Source: an uncultured virus (IMG/VR IMGVR_UViG_3300037455_000492) (lineage: Duplodnaviria; Heunggongvirae; Uroviricota; Caudoviricetes). From it: DNA of 64,000 nt. Below, piece after piece: positions 17,485-28,325 of the stretch (within the stretch, counting starts at the first letter, position 1; every line of letters begins with the position of its first letter). A program made the position numbers and the translations under genes. Under the pieces are notes generated by a model that was given only the letters and a program-made list of their open reading frames with translations, was not told the DNA's origin and searched no databases. The stretch lies in IMG/VR virus record IMGVR_UViG_3300037455_000492; one strand, given 5' to 3'.

Positions 17485-18774
17485 TTATTTATCAATGACC
17501 AAACAAGTGTTTTTGTTGTCCGAAACCCTTTTGTTGTTTTTCAAGCCATAGACTTTGCACAATGTTGACAATGTTGTGAGGTTGAGGTAGTTTTCCCCGT
17601 ATTTCAGAGGAAGTTTGGCTTGCAGGTATATTTGTTTGTCTGACGATATTCCGAGTTTTTCTGATTTTTCTTTTGAGTACGCGATTTCCTTCAGTTTCTT
17701 GTTGACCCTATTGAGTTCGCTTTCGGACAACTTCAACTTTATGGTTTGTATGTAAACGTTACCGTTGCTGTCCATTCGTTTTTTGTAATTGACCGATACT
17801 ATTGGAAGTTTGGGGTTCTCAATGTCGTTCTTTATATTAGCCAATCTCTTTTTTGAAATGGGCTTTATGTCGAGTTTCTCGGCAATGAATTCTTCTGTGT
17901 TTAATATTTTCATAGATGTTTTATTTTCATTCATATATGCAAGTGTATCGTCACATCGGAAAACCCCGCAGTTTGGCTTGTCTTTCGGTAGAACAAGATA
18001 TTCGTTTTGTCGGCAGTCAAATGTTTTCACAACGGTTTTCGGTGCGCCTTCGAGGGAAATAAGATGGTTGTTCTTGCAACTGAACTCACCGCCAACGTAT
18101 TCGGGTGCGCCTTTTAGGTTTTCGAGTTTGTTTGAATCGCATAAGAAATTGCTGCCGACTCTTTGCGGTGCGCCTTCGAGGGTTTCAAGCAGGTTTTCGC
18201 TGCAATGGAAAATACCTCCAACAATCTTCGGTGCGCCTTTCAATGATTTTAGTTTATTGTACCCGCAACTGAACGTACCGTATTCCCCTATTTCGGTTGG
18301 TGCGCCTTTCAGAGATTTGAGTCCGTTGCATCCACAAAAAAACCCGCCGCCGATTTTATTCGGCACATATTCGATTTTTGACACGTAGTTGTTGTCGAAG
18401 TTGAATCCGCCTCCCACTTTTAGCGGTGCGCCCTTCAACGATGTGAGAGCGTTGGATGAGCAGTTGAATGTCATACCGACTTCTATCGGTGCGCCTTCAA
18501 GCGAAACAAGTCCGCAGCATTTGCAGGTGAATTCGCCTTTGACAACACCGAATCGTATTGGAAGTTTATGGTCTATTGTGTCGCTTTCAGTAACCTTGAC
18601 GTGGTGGTCGCAGTCATAGCATCTTGTGTTCGGATTCCACACAAGACCCTCCCTCTTTATAAAAAGAGCGGTTTTTTCGTCAACTTTCGGAGGGGCTGAC
18701 GACAACCTATCCTTTGTTATCGGCTGTATGTTGAGTTTCTCATTTATATAATTGTCGGATTTCATTATCTCCAT
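17485..18774 (-). CDS. LRR-like repeat protein (22-aa SLEGAP repeats) fused to a second motif-bearing module
   Basis: Repeats G.F.C..N.L.SL.GAP..V; INEKLNIQPI at the N-terminus and MKILNTEEFIAEKLDIKPI from 17913. Confidence 0.75.
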   Translation of the reverse strand: MEIMKSDNYINEKLNIQPITKDRLSSAPPKVDEKTALFIKREGLVWNPNTRCYDCDHHVKVTESDTIDHKLPIRFGVVKGEFTCKCCGLVSLEGAPIEVGMTFNCSSNALTSLKGAPLKVGGGFNFDNNYVSKIEYVPNKIGGGFFCGCNGLKSLKGAPTEIGEYGTFSCGYNKLKSLKGAPKIVGGIFHCSENLLETLEGAPQRVGSNFLCDSNKLENLKGAPEYVGGEFSCKNNHLISLEGAPKTVVKTFDCRQNEYLVLPKDKPNCGVFRCDDTLAYMNENKTSMKILNTEEFIAEKLDIKPISKKRLANIKNDIENPKLPIVSVNYKKRMDSNGNVYIQTIKLKLSESELNRVNKKLKEIAYSKEKSEKLGISSDKQIYLQAKLPLKYGENYLNLTTLSTLCKVYGLKNNKRVSDNKNTCLVIDK

Positions 18775-18786
18775 AGAAATATGCCT

Positions 18787-19620
18787 TTATTTTCCGTATA
18801 TTATATATTTCCCGTTCACCCAACTCGGCTTTTCCCTCGGAGGGTTGAGGTTAGGGTTTTTCGCACAATAGAGGTCTCCGACATATTCGGGTGCGCCTTC
18901 AAATGATTCAAGTTCGTTGTGTCCGCACTCTAATTTATATTTAACCATTCTTGGAGAGCCTTCAAGATTTTTCAGTTTGTTGAAACTGCAAATCAATTCA
19001 TCGCACTTCGGTACACCGACCAAAGATTCTATTTCATTGTGGCTACAGTCAAAATGTCGGTTGGACAATAGAATGCAACTTATCTCTTTCGGCGCGTATT
19101 CAAGTGATTTGAGTTCGTTGTTGTTGCAATAGAAATGTCCTCCTATTTTTTGCGGAACGCCTTTTAGCGAAACAAGTTTGTTGTTGTCACACCAAAAATC
19201 GAATTTGACTTCTTGCGGTGCGCCTTCGAGGGTTTTCAGTCTGTTATAGCCGCAATAGAATATATGGACTTTCTGCGGTGCGCCTTCGAGTGACGTGATT
19301 TCGTTGTACCTGCAATCAAATGTTCCTTCGACTTCTGTAGGTGCGCCGTCAAGACTTGTCAATTTGTTGCCGCAGCATTTAAAGTCGCCTTTTATTTTTC
19401 CGAATCTTACGGGGAATTTGGTAAGACCTTTCTCTGTCAAGTCAATTTTACCGTCACAGTCGTAGCGCATAGTCAGTTTGTTCCAAACAAGGCTGTGTTC
19501 CTTTATGAACGCCTTTGTCTTGGCATCGATATATGGTTCTGCTCCATTGAGCCTATCTTTTGAAATGGGCTGTATGTTGAGTTTCTCGTTTATGTATTGT
19601 TCGGAGTTCAGTATTTCCAT
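18787..19620 (-). CDS. LRR-like repeat protein (SLEGAP repeats), paralog of the neighbour
   Basis: Same repeat and the same INEKLNIQPI N-terminus. Confidence 0.75.
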   Translation of the reverse strand: MEILNSEQYINEKLNIQPISKDRLNGAEPYIDAKTKAFIKEHSLVWNKLTMRYDCDGKIDLTEKGLTKFPVRFGKIKGDFKCCGNKLTSLDGAPTEVEGTFDCRYNEITSLEGAPQKVHIFYCGYNRLKTLEGAPQEVKFDFWCDNNKLVSLKGVPQKIGGHFYCNNNELKSLEYAPKEISCILLSNRHFDCSHNEIESLVGVPKCDELICSFNKLKNLEGSPRMVKYKLECGHNELESFEGAPEYVGDLYCAKNPNLNPPREKPSWVNGKYIIYGK

Positions 19621-19624
19621 AACG

Positions 19625-21154
19625 TTATTCTATGTTTTCCACCGTCACGGGCGACACCCTTACACGGATGTTCCTGCGGTCAATGAACGAAGAAGTGACA
19701 TATTTGTTCACTTGGATAATTGGCGTGTCGCTTTGCGTGAGTGCGCCTATCGGTCTGTTTATCGTGCTGACGTTTATCTTCGCACCGACTTCCACGCGGT
19801 TGTATATGTGGTTCTCGGTCATATCGCCGACATTGATTCTGACCATATTGGCGAAGAATCTCTGCGGGTTGATTATGTCGGTACTTGTCGTCTTTATGAT
19901 TGTGGTGTTGTCGCGGTTGTTTGTTATTCTGACCGTGTAGTCTATCGTAGCCTTTATGAATCCATCCGAGTGTTCAAGTATCGGTCTGTATTTCACAATA
20001 GGATTCTCGTTGTTGTCCCTTGCCGACACGAGCATATCCCAAGTCTGTATATATGTCATAGGCAGGTGCGTGTCGGTGTGCGCAACGTTTTCATCGATAT
20101 ATTTTTCCGTAACAGAAAGCGTGTGTACTATCGTGAATGTTGAATCAAACCTTGAAAGGTAGTCGTACAGTGAGTTGATGTTGTTTGTCGGATTGCTTGG
20201 GTCGTTCTCATAATATGCGTACAAAGTGTAGAAGTCGCCGCCGTTGGCATCGGGCAGGATTTTGGCAAACAGTTTGTCGTACGAATCCGTGTTCGGGAAC
20301 AATGTTGACGTGAGTGCCTTTGTTTTCAAGACCTCGAATCCTTTTTTGTACTCGTGTCCGATTACCGCGTGCAAATCCATTCCGATTGACGGGTTGCTGT
20401 AGTAGCCGTGTTCCGACAAGAAATACGGCAGTGAGTTGGAAGGCGGGTTCTTTCTGTCGTAGTTTTGCCAACCGTTGCTTTCTTTGCTGTCGCTCATTGT
20501 GTCGGAAGACATATACGCGGTTGACGGAACTCTGAATTCTATGTAGTTCACATAGAGTTTGTCCGCGAACCAAAGTGGTTCGGGCAGCATCTTGTAGTCG
20601 TCATAGTTTGTGTGGAGCGCGGACAGAAGGTTGATGTATTCGCCAGAGCGGTTTTTGGTGTAGAGATTGAAAATGAAACCGTCATATTCAGAGTGATAGT
20701 TGGAACGGAAATATATGCGCAATATATCGTAAGGTATATACTCGGTCGGCAGGCTTGGGTCGTTGGCTTGCTTGTTGATGTCGTTTTCGTCCGAAATGAT
20801 TTCAGACCATCTGTCATCGACACTTGTATAGTATTTGCCATCAACAGCCTTTGTCCTTACCCACATAGTTCCGTCCTTTTTTGACGGAAGCACGGTGTTG
20901 TCGAGCGTGTTGTTTGTCAGCGACACGGACGATGCGTTGTTTGCGAAAAACACTTCTTTCACAATCTCGTTCCTTGTTATGCAGTAGTTGCATATATCAC
21001 TCTTGCCGTATGTGCCGTCACCATTGACCGCAAGCGTGTCCTCGTCCAACTGACTTGCGCCCTGCGCGAATCTGTCGGCGACATACACGTATTCCATAAG
21101 TATGTTCTCTGTAAGTGGTATGTACCTTTTTCCTATTTCTGTCGGTTTGCTCAT
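19625..21154 (-). CDS. Late, probably structural hypothetical protein
   Basis: 509-aa ORF, TATAAATA at 21183-21190 (-). Confidence 0.55.
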   Translation of the reverse strand: MSKPTEIGKRYIPLTENILMEYVYVADRFAQGASQLDEDTLAVNGDGTYGKSDICNYCITRNEIVKEVFFANNASSVSLTNNTLDNTVLPSKKDGTMWVRTKAVDGKYYTSVDDRWSEIISDENDINKQANDPSLPTEYIPYDILRIYFRSNYHSEYDGFIFNLYTKNRSGEYINLLSALHTNYDDYKMLPEPLWFADKLYVNYIEFRVPSTAYMSSDTMSDSKESNGWQNYDRKNPPSNSLPYFLSEHGYYSNPSIGMDLHAVIGHEYKKGFEVLKTKALTSTLFPNTDSYDKLFAKILPDANGGDFYTLYAYYENDPSNPTNNINSLYDYLSRFDSTFTIVHTLSVTEKYIDENVAHTDTHLPMTYIQTWDMLVSARDNNENPIVKYRPILEHSDGFIKATIDYTVRITNNRDNTTIIKTTSTDIINPQRFFANMVRINVGDMTENHIYNRVEVGAKINVSTINRPIGALTQSDTPIIQVNKYVTSSFIDRRNIRVRVSPVTVENIE

Positions 21155-21227
21155 ATTCGTATATTAAAGTAACACATTTCTATATTTATAAGTAAATAAA
21201 AAACCCGACTAACTGTCGGGCTTATTA

Positions 21228-22073
21228 TTAAATGATTTCAATATCGTTATTACTACGCGGAAATATTTGATAACCATAATTAGTATAAAAATAAGCAAAT
21301 CCCGTCACATTTACACGTGTGTTATTTGGTATAGTCAATGATAATGAATTAAATCTATCGTAGATTTGTATTTTATCTTCATTTTTAACAGCAAACCATT
21401 TTAGACCCCCATTTGGTTGTTCTTCGGCAGTAAAAAGAACGTCATTCAAAGTTACTAATTGTGTTTCATATTGTTCATAATTATTTTCAATATCGTTTAT
21501 TGTTGTTGGAATAGGTTCAATTTTAATTGGAATTCCCGTTGTGTCTGGACTATTCTTTGTCGGAATAAACTCAAATGTTCCTTGGTAAAGGTTCAGTTTT
21601 CCTTGGATGCTTCCTATTAAATCACCTTCATTATATTGAGTGGTTATAACGGGAGCGTTTCTGTCATATATAAGTAACCCCCCGCTATCATCTTTGACAA
21701 ACATATATCTACTACTACCATCTTTTCTAAATACAAATGCAAGATTTTGGTTTTCTAACACAACTTCTAAAGATGAACCCGCATATCCACCTGCTTTTAA
21801 TTCCGAAATCGATGAAACTCTTATGACACCATCTTCTTGTGTTTCTTGAATACCTTGGACACTTTGCATATCGTCTGTACTTTGAACGTCTTGTATGCCT
21901 TGCGTACCTTGAATGCCTTGCATTCCTTGCTCGTTTTGGTTGCTTTGATTATCTTGGTTGGCTTTTTTATTGACATAGGAAAAATCTCCTTGAACCAATA
22001 ATTCACCATTATACGAAAATCCCGCCGTGGTTATGTCAAACGGGTTTTTGTATCTGAATGAATCGACTGCCAT
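21228..22073 (-). CDS. Late protein with degenerate collagen-like linker and OB-fold-like C-terminal region
   Basis: QGMQGIQGTQGIQ segment; Bacteroidetes-like ...QIFPRS.NDI end; TATAAATA at 22116. Confidence 0.5.
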   Translation of the reverse strand: MAVDSFRYKNPFDITTAGFSYNGELLVQGDFSYVNKKANQDNQSNQNEQGMQGIQGTQGIQDVQSTDDMQSVQGIQETQEDGVIRVSSISELKAGGYAGSSLEVVLENQNLAFVFRKDGSSRYMFVKDDSGGLLIYDRNAPVITTQYNEGDLIGSIQGKLNLYQGTFEFIPTKNSPDTTGIPIKIEPIPTTINDIENNYEQYETQLVTLNDVLFTAEEQPNGGLKWFAVKNEDKIQIYDRFNSLSLTIPNNTRVNVTGFAYFYTNYGYQIFPRSNNDIEII

Positions 22074-22431
22074 TTTTTTGTAATGTTCTAAACAAAGTTC
22101 ACGTCTTTGCTGTTGTATTTATAATCAGCGAAAAAATAATGCAAGGAACATTCCACAATTTTTCGGATTTTTTATTATATTAGATTGTATTGAAAAACCA
22201 TAAATTGAAGGATATGAGTTGCTATGATTGCATACACGGACCAGTACCCTGCGAAAGGTGGGAAGTCGAGGGGCATACAATGCTCTGCCAAGTGAGCAAA
22301 CCCTATAACACAAGCGTTCCCGCGCCCCCGCCTCCCGTGAACACGATTGCGCTTATAGAGAACGCCGAAAGGCAGGTTCAAGAACTGATGAGCGTGAAAA
22401 AAGAAAATGTTAAACCAAAAGAATAATTGAA

Positions 22432-23388
22432 ATGGAACAACTACTTACTGAAAAGTACAGACCGCAGAGCATAGACGAAATAGCCCTGCCGAAAAGAATC
22501 AAGAATATGCTGTCAAACGGCATACGCACCAATATCCTGCTTTACGGAACGCAGGGAACGGGAAAAACGTCCACAGCCAAACTTATGGTGAAACAGTTCG
22601 GACACAACTATCTCTACATCAACTGCTCGAAGGAAACGGGCATCGACACGATTAGGGACAAAATCTCCAATTTCTGTATGTCATCATCGTTGGCACACCA
22701 CAAAGATTCGCTCAAAGTCGTTATTATGGACGAGATGGACGGTATGAGTACGCAGGCATACCAAGCGTTGAGAGGCTCTATCGAGGAGTTCGCCTGCAAC
22801 ACGAGGTTCGTTGCGACCTGCAACTTCTTGTCGAAAGTTCCCGAACCAATCCAAAGCAGATTCCAATGCATCAGTTTCGACTTCGAGGGTGATGAAATGA
22901 AAGAGGTCAAGGTTGCTTTGGTTTACAGAATCAAGGAAATCTGCGACAACGAGGGTGTCAAAATTTCGAAGGATGCCATCTCCGCCCTGCTCAAAAACAA
23001 CTTCCCCGATATGAGAAGCATTGTGAACAAGTTGCAGACGATGATTTTGGAGGGTGTCACCAATATCGAATTGGGCGATGTTTCCAAGTACAATTCGAGT
23101 TTCACCGATATTTTTGAACTTGTCACCACAAGCAACGACCCCGTTATGAATTACAAGGTTCTCGTCAGCGAGTACGCCAACAAGACCGATGACGTGCTGA
23201 ATTCGCTCGGCAGGGAGTTCATCCAATACATCATAGCCAACAGAACCGATTTGACGAGATTCATTCCGCATCTCACAATCACGGCTGCAAAGTACCAAAA
23301 CCAAAAATTCCAAATTATCGACCCCGTTGTGTGTATGCTCGCCTGCGTTGCGGAGATGCAGCAGATAATCAACCAAAAAACCGAGTAG
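22432..23388 (+). CDS. Clamp loader AAA+ subunit (T4 gp44/RFC-like)
   Basis: EKYRP, GTQGTGKT Walker A, DEMD Walker B, SRF sensor, FPDMR. Confidence 0.92.
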   Translation: MEQLLTEKYRPQSIDEIALPKRIKNMLSNGIRTNILLYGTQGTGKTSTAKLMVKQFGHNYLYINCSKETGIDTIRDKISNFCMSSSLAHHKDSLKVVIMDEMDGMSTQAYQALRGSIEEFACNTRFVATCNFLSKVPEPIQSRFQCISFDFEGDEMKEVKVALVYRIKEICDNEGVKISKDAISALLKNNFPDMRSIVNKLQTMILEGVTNIELGDVSKYNSSFTDIFELVTTSNDPVMNYKVLVSEYANKTDDVLNSLGREFIQYIIANRTDLTRFIPHLTITAAKYQNQKFQIIDPVVCMLACVAEMQQIINQKTE

Positions 23389-23701
23389 TATGAAAGAAAT
23401 TGTTTGTGGCAACAAGATTGTCTATAAGAAGAATTTTATCGAAAGGCTCTACGACAAACTCAAAGGGAAGAAAATAACTTTGGGAACGAAAGAGATTTTC
23501 GAGTCCAAAGAGTTGCCGTTCTTTTTCAGAAACAAGCGCAGATACAGCAAACACGTAAAGAATGTCTTGTCTGTGACAAAGAAACTTATCGGCGAGACCG
23601 AGTGCAATATCTACGAAATGCAAAAGAAATATAGGGAAAACGAGAATAAAAAGGACACCAATAAAAAACACAAAAGACTGTTCGGGAGAAAGAAGTAAAA
23701 T

Positions 23702-23779
23702 TGTTGATAACTTTGTTAATAACTTTTTTCAGAAAAAAAGACGAGTGTATAAAAAATTTTGTATTTTTGCAGCGTAATC
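23702..23779 (+). promoter_or_regulatory. ~78-bp repeated Bacteroidetes-type promoter module (copy 1; others at 31684-31760 and 49785-49858)
   Basis: TGTTGATAAC x2, TTTTCAGAAAAAA, GTATAAAAA, TATTTTTGCAGCG (TAnnTTTG -7 element). Confidence 0.8.
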
Positions 23780-23811
23780 AATTTCAGTATTCACCTTAAA
23801 AATTAAAAACA

Positions 23812-24294
23812 ATGAATCTTTACGAAATCACAGTCGAGCAACAGAATTTGAACAACCTTCTCGAAGAGTCAATGGGCGAACTCACCCCCGAACTCGAAGC
23901 AGCGTTGGAAATCAACCGCGAGAACTTCCACACCAAAGCCGAGGGCTATGTGAAAGCCATTAAGAACTACAAGGCGGAAGCCGACATCATCGCCGAGGAA
24001 ATCAAGAAATTGCAGGCAAAAAAGAAAACCTGCGAGAACGCCATCGACAGAATGAAGACCGCTCTCTGCGGTGCAATGCAGGTCTTTGAGATGCCGAAAG
24101 TGCAGGCGGGCATCTTCAAGATTTCCCTCACCACGAGCGAAAGCGTTGTCATCACGGACGAGGAGGCAATCCCCGCCGAATACAAGAAAGTGCGCTACGA
24201 GGTTTCCAAAACCGACCTCAAGAAAGCCATCAACGAAGGCTTGGAAATCGAGGGTGCGGAAATCCGACAAAACAATTCAATTACCATCCGATGA
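23812..24294 (+). CDS. Siphovirus Gp157-family protein
   Basis: MNLYEIT...EEIKKLQAKKK..EN...IPAEY....K..LKKA...G.EIEGAEI. Confidence 0.8.
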   Translation: MNLYEITVEQQNLNNLLEESMGELTPELEAALEINRENFHTKAEGYVKAIKNYKAEADIIAEEIKKLQAKKKTCENAIDRMKTALCGAMQVFEMPKVQAGIFKISLTTSESVVITDEEAIPAEYKKVRYEVSKTDLKKAINEGLEIEGAEIRQNNSITIR

Positions 24295-25010
24295 AGAAAG
24301 AAACCTTTGTCAAAATTGTTAACACGCTCATAGCGGTCGGCAAGAACAGAGACGAAATGAATGACGAGTTAGTGGCGGTGATACAAAAGCACCGCCACTG
24401 TAACGAAGAAGTGTCCTTGAGGGACGCAATCTACGACTACACACTTGAGGACACCTTCATTGACGTTATCGAAATGGAAATGGGTGTCTATGCAAGGGAC
24501 AGAGTAGCCGACTATGTGTACGAGCAGCATAATAACTGCGGACTGCCCGTATGCTCACCATATCCGATTCTTGATTCCGCAGAGGAACTTTATGAAGACA
24601 TATTGAGAGGAAAGGTATGCGGAAAATAATTTTTGTATTACTTATGTCGCTTTGCCTTTGTGCAAACGCGCAGGTTTATGAAATCCGTGAGATGTTCAGC
24701 GTGCTTAACACAACCACGGAGGAAACAGAAGAACGTATATGCTCCATAACGATATGCGACACGCTTGCGTTTCTGAAAATTTTTGACGAGATTGCGCGTG
24801 TGGAAATCTGCCGCAAGGAAAGGGTGTGTGGCAAGACAGAGATTGTAGAGGACAATATTTTGTACCGAGATAGAATTTGCGGAAAGGTATTTTATTTCGA
24901 TGATTCGTCCTATATGTTCATAGGAAAAGTGAACGGGAAGCGTATGATTATGCTGTCAATCGAGTCATCCGATAATTATATCTTTATAAATAAGGAGTAT
25001 TTAGACCAAA

Positions 25011-26528
25011 ATGGACACATTTTTAAGCGATGACAAACGATTTATTACAATAAGGGAATGCACGCAGGAAGAATACGAGGCAGTCAAGACCGCGTACACC
25101 AAGAAAGCGGAAGGCTACCGTTACAATCCGTTATACAAGAAAAAACTTTGGGACGGCAATGTGACGTACTTCAAGGGGGCTAACCTCCCCTCTGGCACTT
25201 GGTCTTACCTCATCGACATCTCCAAACAATGCGGTTGGAAGTTGAAAATTGACGGGCTTCGCGGACTGTTCGACAACGACATAACACTTGAATCGTACAC
25301 GGAATGGGTTGACGAATTCTTCGCCGACCTTCCGTTCACACCACGCGACTATCAGATAAAGAGCGCATACAAGATTCTCCGTTTCAGAAAATGTCTTTCC
25401 GAACTTGCCACTTCTGCGGGCAAGACACTTATTTGCTTTATGGTGTTGGCTTACCTTATAGACAAACACATAATCAAGGGCAAGGTGCTGATGATTGTGC
25501 CTACGGTACAACTCGTGCTTCAGTCATCGGGCGACTTCGAGGAATACAACACCGACAAACTCCCACTAATCATACAGCAGATATACGCGGGTTTCAAGAT
25601 GAAGCCCGATGCCAACATATATGTCGGCACATACCAAACGCTGACGAAAATGGACGATGCTTGGTTCAAGCAGTTCGACTGCGTTATAGTTGACGAAACG
25701 CACAAGGCGAAAGCGAAATCAATCAAGGACATTCTCGAAAGATGTTGGCATTGCGAATACAAATTCGGTGTGACGGGTACGCTGCCGAAGCCGAACAGCG
25801 CGGAATCTTTGACGCTGCAAACCTACTTGGGGCCCCTGGTGACGGAGGTCAAGGCGAAAGCCCTCCAAGACGAAGGCTACATTTCAAACTGCAAGATTGT
25901 GCAGATGCGAATCGACTATGTGAGCGAGAAGAAAAAGGAGGAGTTCGCCAACGCATACGCCTTGCTTATGCGCAAGAAGAAAGGTTCTGACGCATTCAAC
26001 CTCGAAAAGAATTTCATTATTGAGAACGAAAAGCGTTTCGCTTTCATATCCGACCTCATATCGAAAACGACAAAGAACACGCTTGTCCTTTTCCATAGGA
26101 TTATATACGGCAAGAAACTGTTCGCGTTTCTGCGTGCGAATCTGTCAAACAAGCGCGTGTATTACATAGACGGCAGCATAGACAAGGATATCCGAAAGGA
26201 GATAACGGACAGAATGGACAAATACGATGACGTTATCTTGGTGGCGAGTTTCGCCACGTTGAGTACGGGTGTCAGTGTGAACCACATATACAATGTCATA
26301 TTCACGGAGAGTTTCAAAAGTCCGTTTGTAATCATTCAGTCAATCGGTCGTAGCCTTCGTCTGAAAGACAAGGAGAACAAGGAGAAGAACAAGGCGACCA
26401 TCATAGACATCGTTGACGATTTCCGACACGGCAAGTATATGAACTATCTGTATAGGCACGGATTGGAGCGAATGCGAATGTACAAGGAACAACAATATCC
26501 CGTTATATTAAGAAGAGCGAAATGGTAA
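25011..26528 (+). CDS. uvsW: SF2 DNA helicase, UvsW-like
   Basis: PRDYQ, ATSAGKT, DETH, TGT, STGVS, QSIGRSLR; late promoter at 24985. Confidence 0.88.
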   Translation: MDTFLSDDKRFITIRECTQEEYEAVKTAYTKKAEGYRYNPLYKKKLWDGNVTYFKGANLPSGTWSYLIDISKQCGWKLKIDGLRGLFDNDITLESYTEWVDEFFADLPFTPRDYQIKSAYKILRFRKCLSELATSAGKTLICFMVLAYLIDKHIIKGKVLMIVPTVQLVLQSSGDFEEYNTDKLPLIIQQIYAGFKMKPDANIYVGTYQTLTKMDDAWFKQFDCVIVDETHKAKAKSIKDILERCWHCEYKFGVTGTLPKPNSAESLTLQTYLGPLVTEVKAKALQDEGYISNCKIVQMRIDYVSEKKKEEFANAYALLMRKKKGSDAFNLEKNFIIENEKRFAFISDLISKTTKNTLVLFHRIIYGKKLFAFLRANLSNKRVYYIDGSIDKDIRKEITDRMDKYDDVILVASFATLSTGVSVNHIYNVIFTESFKSPFVIIQSIGRSLRLKDKENKEKNKATIIDIVDDFRHGKYMNYLYRHGLERMRMYKEQQYPVILRRAKW

Positions 26529-27382
26529 TAAACTACGTCACAAATGCCCAATTATGCAACATCGTGAGGGAGAATATACACAAGATTCCCCGCGACATAG
26601 ACGGTGTTATCGGAATACCGAGGGGTGGTATGCTTATCGCCTCGGTCATCAGTGAGTATCTGAACCTGCCGCTTTACAGCGTGGAGAGTTTCCTGCGCGG
26701 CGAGGACATAGGGTTCGGCTCGGCGGGCAAGACCATCATTCCGTCAAGCCACAAGAAATATATAGTTATTGACGATTCCGCGAGTTCGGGAAAGAGTTTT
26801 CGGAACATACGGGAAATACTCTCGACAAGGGAGGAGAAGTTCGTCTATGTGGCGGCTGTTTGTGACGACAGAAAGAAACTTGATTGCGTTGACATAGTGC
26901 TTTCATATGTTAGGGAGTTCAGACTGTTTGAACTTAATATGTTCAGACTTCCGCTGATTCGCGCTATGCTTCTTGACTTTGACGGGGTTATATGTGAGAA
27001 CCCGCCTAATTGGATTGACTTTGATGAGGAAAAATATTTGGAATTCTTGAAAAACGCAAGACCAAAATTCCCGATACGATATGCCCCGCTTGCGATATGC
27101 ACAACGAGGCTGTTGAAATATTCGGACATCACTACTGATTGGATGAAAAGAAACGGCGTGCCGTACAAAAACATATATATGCTCGACCTGCCGACCATAA
27201 AGGATAGGTTCGAGAACATCAAGAAACCGTGTGTGAAGAATATGAAGGCTACCGCCTACAACAAATTTCCCAAAGCCATACTTTTCGTGGAGAGCAACCC
27301 GAAAGAGGCTATGCACATATTCAATATGACGGGCAGACCAGTTCTCTGCACGGACAACAACACGCTTTACCAAAAGCAGTAA
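26522..27382 (+). CDS. Phosphoribosyltransferase fused to a HAD-like domain
   Basis: GIPRGG and VIDDSASSGKS (PRPP loop); LDFDGVI (HAD motif I). Confidence 0.75.
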   Translation: MVINYVTNAQLCNIVRENIHKIPRDIDGVIGIPRGGMLIASVISEYLNLPLYSVESFLRGEDIGFGSAGKTIIPSSHKKYIVIDDSASSGKSFRNIREILSTREEKFVYVAAVCDDRKKLDCVDIVLSYVREFRLFELNMFRLPLIRAMLLDFDGVICENPPNWIDFDEEKYLEFLKNARPKFPIRYAPLAICTTRLLKYSDITTDWMKRNGVPYKNIYMLDLPTIKDRFENIKKPCVKNMKATAYNKFPKAILFVESNPKEAMHIFNMTGRPVLCTDNNTLYQKQ

Positions 27383-27401
27383 TGTAGAATAAACAGAGGT
27401 T

Positions 27402-28325
27402 ATGGAAAATTACAAGAAAACACTATCAAGACTAAATTTCTTTGAAGGAATTCTCGAACAACTGAATGTTGATTCCGAAACCACAAACAGTGTCAAGGAA
27501 CGCCAATCGGTCGAAAGCGAGATAATCAAAGTGAAGGCGCAGATAGCCGAACTCAATATGATACTTGACGCAAAACTGCACGTCAGAATAATCGACCATT
27601 GCAGATGCTTTGAACCCTGCGAATTCGACATACCAATCAAAAAAGGCTGTGTCAATTATATGGTCGGCGGTAACGGCAGCGGCAAAACGACAATCTTGCA
27701 GAAGATTCGTTCCGAAAAGGATTCGCTGTATGAGTTGAACAAGAGAAACCGTGACGGTATGACAAGCCATAGTGTCGATATTGTGAAATGCGAGCCGATT
27801 GAAATCAGCGGTGTGGATGACTTTTCGCACGTGTTCGCCTTGGATGCAATAGAGGACGACCCGTTGAATTTAACCAACGCATCAACGGCATACGGATTGG
27901 TCGCTGGCGGCGGATTCGCCGTTCAGCATAGGTCAAAAGGCGAGAAAACGAAGATTATGTTGAGCCAACTTATAACAAACATACAGAACACCCTTAATTT
28001 CACGGTTGACAACTACAGAAACGGGAAAGAGATTGAGGGATGCACACCGCTTATCTTGATTGACGAGATTGACGAGGGTATGGATTTCAAGAGTATGCTC
28101 ACCTATGACAGAATACTGACTTCGATGTGCAACATATTCAACGCCACGGTAATTTGTGTAACACATAATCCGCTTGTGTGTTTCGGCAGCAAGAAGCACG
28201 ACAAATGCAACGTGTTCGATATGAGGTCGTTTTCCGAAATGACAATAAGCGACTATATTTTCAACGAAACGGGTATGCGGTTGTCTATGACAACCCCTCC
28301 TTCAGTGGACAAACAAGGAATCTAA
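27402..28325 (+). CDS. ABC-type ATPase
   Basis: GGNGSGKT, SKGE signature, LILIDEIDEGMD, VTH. Confidence 0.8.
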   Translation: MENYKKTLSRLNFFEGILEQLNVDSETTNSVKERQSVESEIIKVKAQIAELNMILDAKLHVRIIDHCRCFEPCEFDIPIKKGCVNYMVGGNGSGKTTILQKIRSEKDSLYELNKRNRDGMTSHSVDIVKCEPIEISGVDDFSHVFALDAIEDDPLNLTNASTAYGLVAGGGFAVQHRSKGEKTKIMLSQLITNIQNTLNFTVDNYRNGKEIEGCTPLILIDEIDEGMDFKSMLTYDRILTSMCNIFNATVICVTHNPLVCFGSKKHDKCNVFDMRSFSEMTISDYIFNETGMRLSMTTPPSVDKQGI

